Shown here: piece after piece, positions 63,534 through 64,000 of the stretch
Position numbering within the stretch: the first letter of the stretch is position 1
Layout: every line of letters begins with the position of its first letter
Program-made: the position numbers and the translations under genes
Notes under the pieces: model-generated
The model's database searches: none
The model's input: only the letters and a program-made list of their open reading frames with translations
Told to the model about the DNA's origin: nothing
Origin: Botryllus schlosseri
Taxonomy: Eukaryota
DNA: 64,000 nucleotides
Assembly (NCBI GenBank): GCA_051294905.1
Contig: CM119371.1
Location: 5,644,001 to 5,708,000 of the forward strand
Direction of reading: 5' to 3'

Positions 63534-64000
63534 TAGGGCTGGGCACAATGATTCGAGTACTCGAATCTGAATCGAGTATTAATTTTAATGATTCGAGTCG
63601 AGTAGTAAAAGACGATTTTTTCGAGTACTGAAATTGTACGCTCCTCACAACTGAAAGTTAATGAACTAACAAGAATTATAGTTTTGATAATATTTTCCAC
63701 TGATGAAGCCTTGAAACCTTGATTGGCCGTGTCGTAGCATGATAGACATAGTACAAAGCTACAAACGTTACTGGAAATAACACATTTCCAAAGTCATGAT
63801 CGTTCCACAACATTGTCAAGAAGTGCAATGAAGTCGGTATGGTCGAAAACATACCGAAGTATCATTAATGTGACAGATAACAGGCATTATGTTCTTCGTG
63901 GTGGCATAAAAGGTACATATATGAACTTTGACATAGTACATTATGTTGTGACGTCATAATGAGTGATACTCGAATACTCGACTCGACTCGAAGCATATTA
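63534..64000. mobile_element. hAT MITE (TAGGGCTGGGC end), runs off window
   Basis: TAGGGCTGGGCA start, TACTCGA/TCGAGTA subterminal repeats at both ends of the visible part. Confidence 0.6.

Overview
Eukaryotic (animal, AT-rich, short introns; the repeat content would fit an invertebrate chordate such as an ascidian, not confirmable here), transposon-dense window. One clear host gene: a tandem C2H2 zinc-finger ORF (43014-44558, 17 intact fingers, homogenised 84-bp units). The most notable element is a 7.5-kb Kolobok-type DNA transposon (15361-22893; TTAA TSD, long TIRs) carrying a spliced THAP/DDE transposase remnant on + and a convergent spliced gene for a cysteine-rich P2X7-C-terminus-like (KolX/nanor-like) protein on -. 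Also present: an apparently intact L1/Tx1-clade LINE (ORF1 + APE-RT ORF2, - strand), a decayed Ty3/Gypsy element with its 3' LTR and PPT, 3' fragments of two CR1/L2-like LINEs, a tRNA-derived SINE, a CACTA-type element, three TAGGG-ended fold-back elements and more than 20 hAT/pogo-like MITEs, many nested 3-4 deep with readable TSDs. Removing the insertions reveals a diverged, locally duplicated host block that may be the promoter/first exon of a ZNF gene family. Most short ORFs in the track are spurious. Superfamily assignments rest on termini, TSDs and motifs read by eye, not on database searches.
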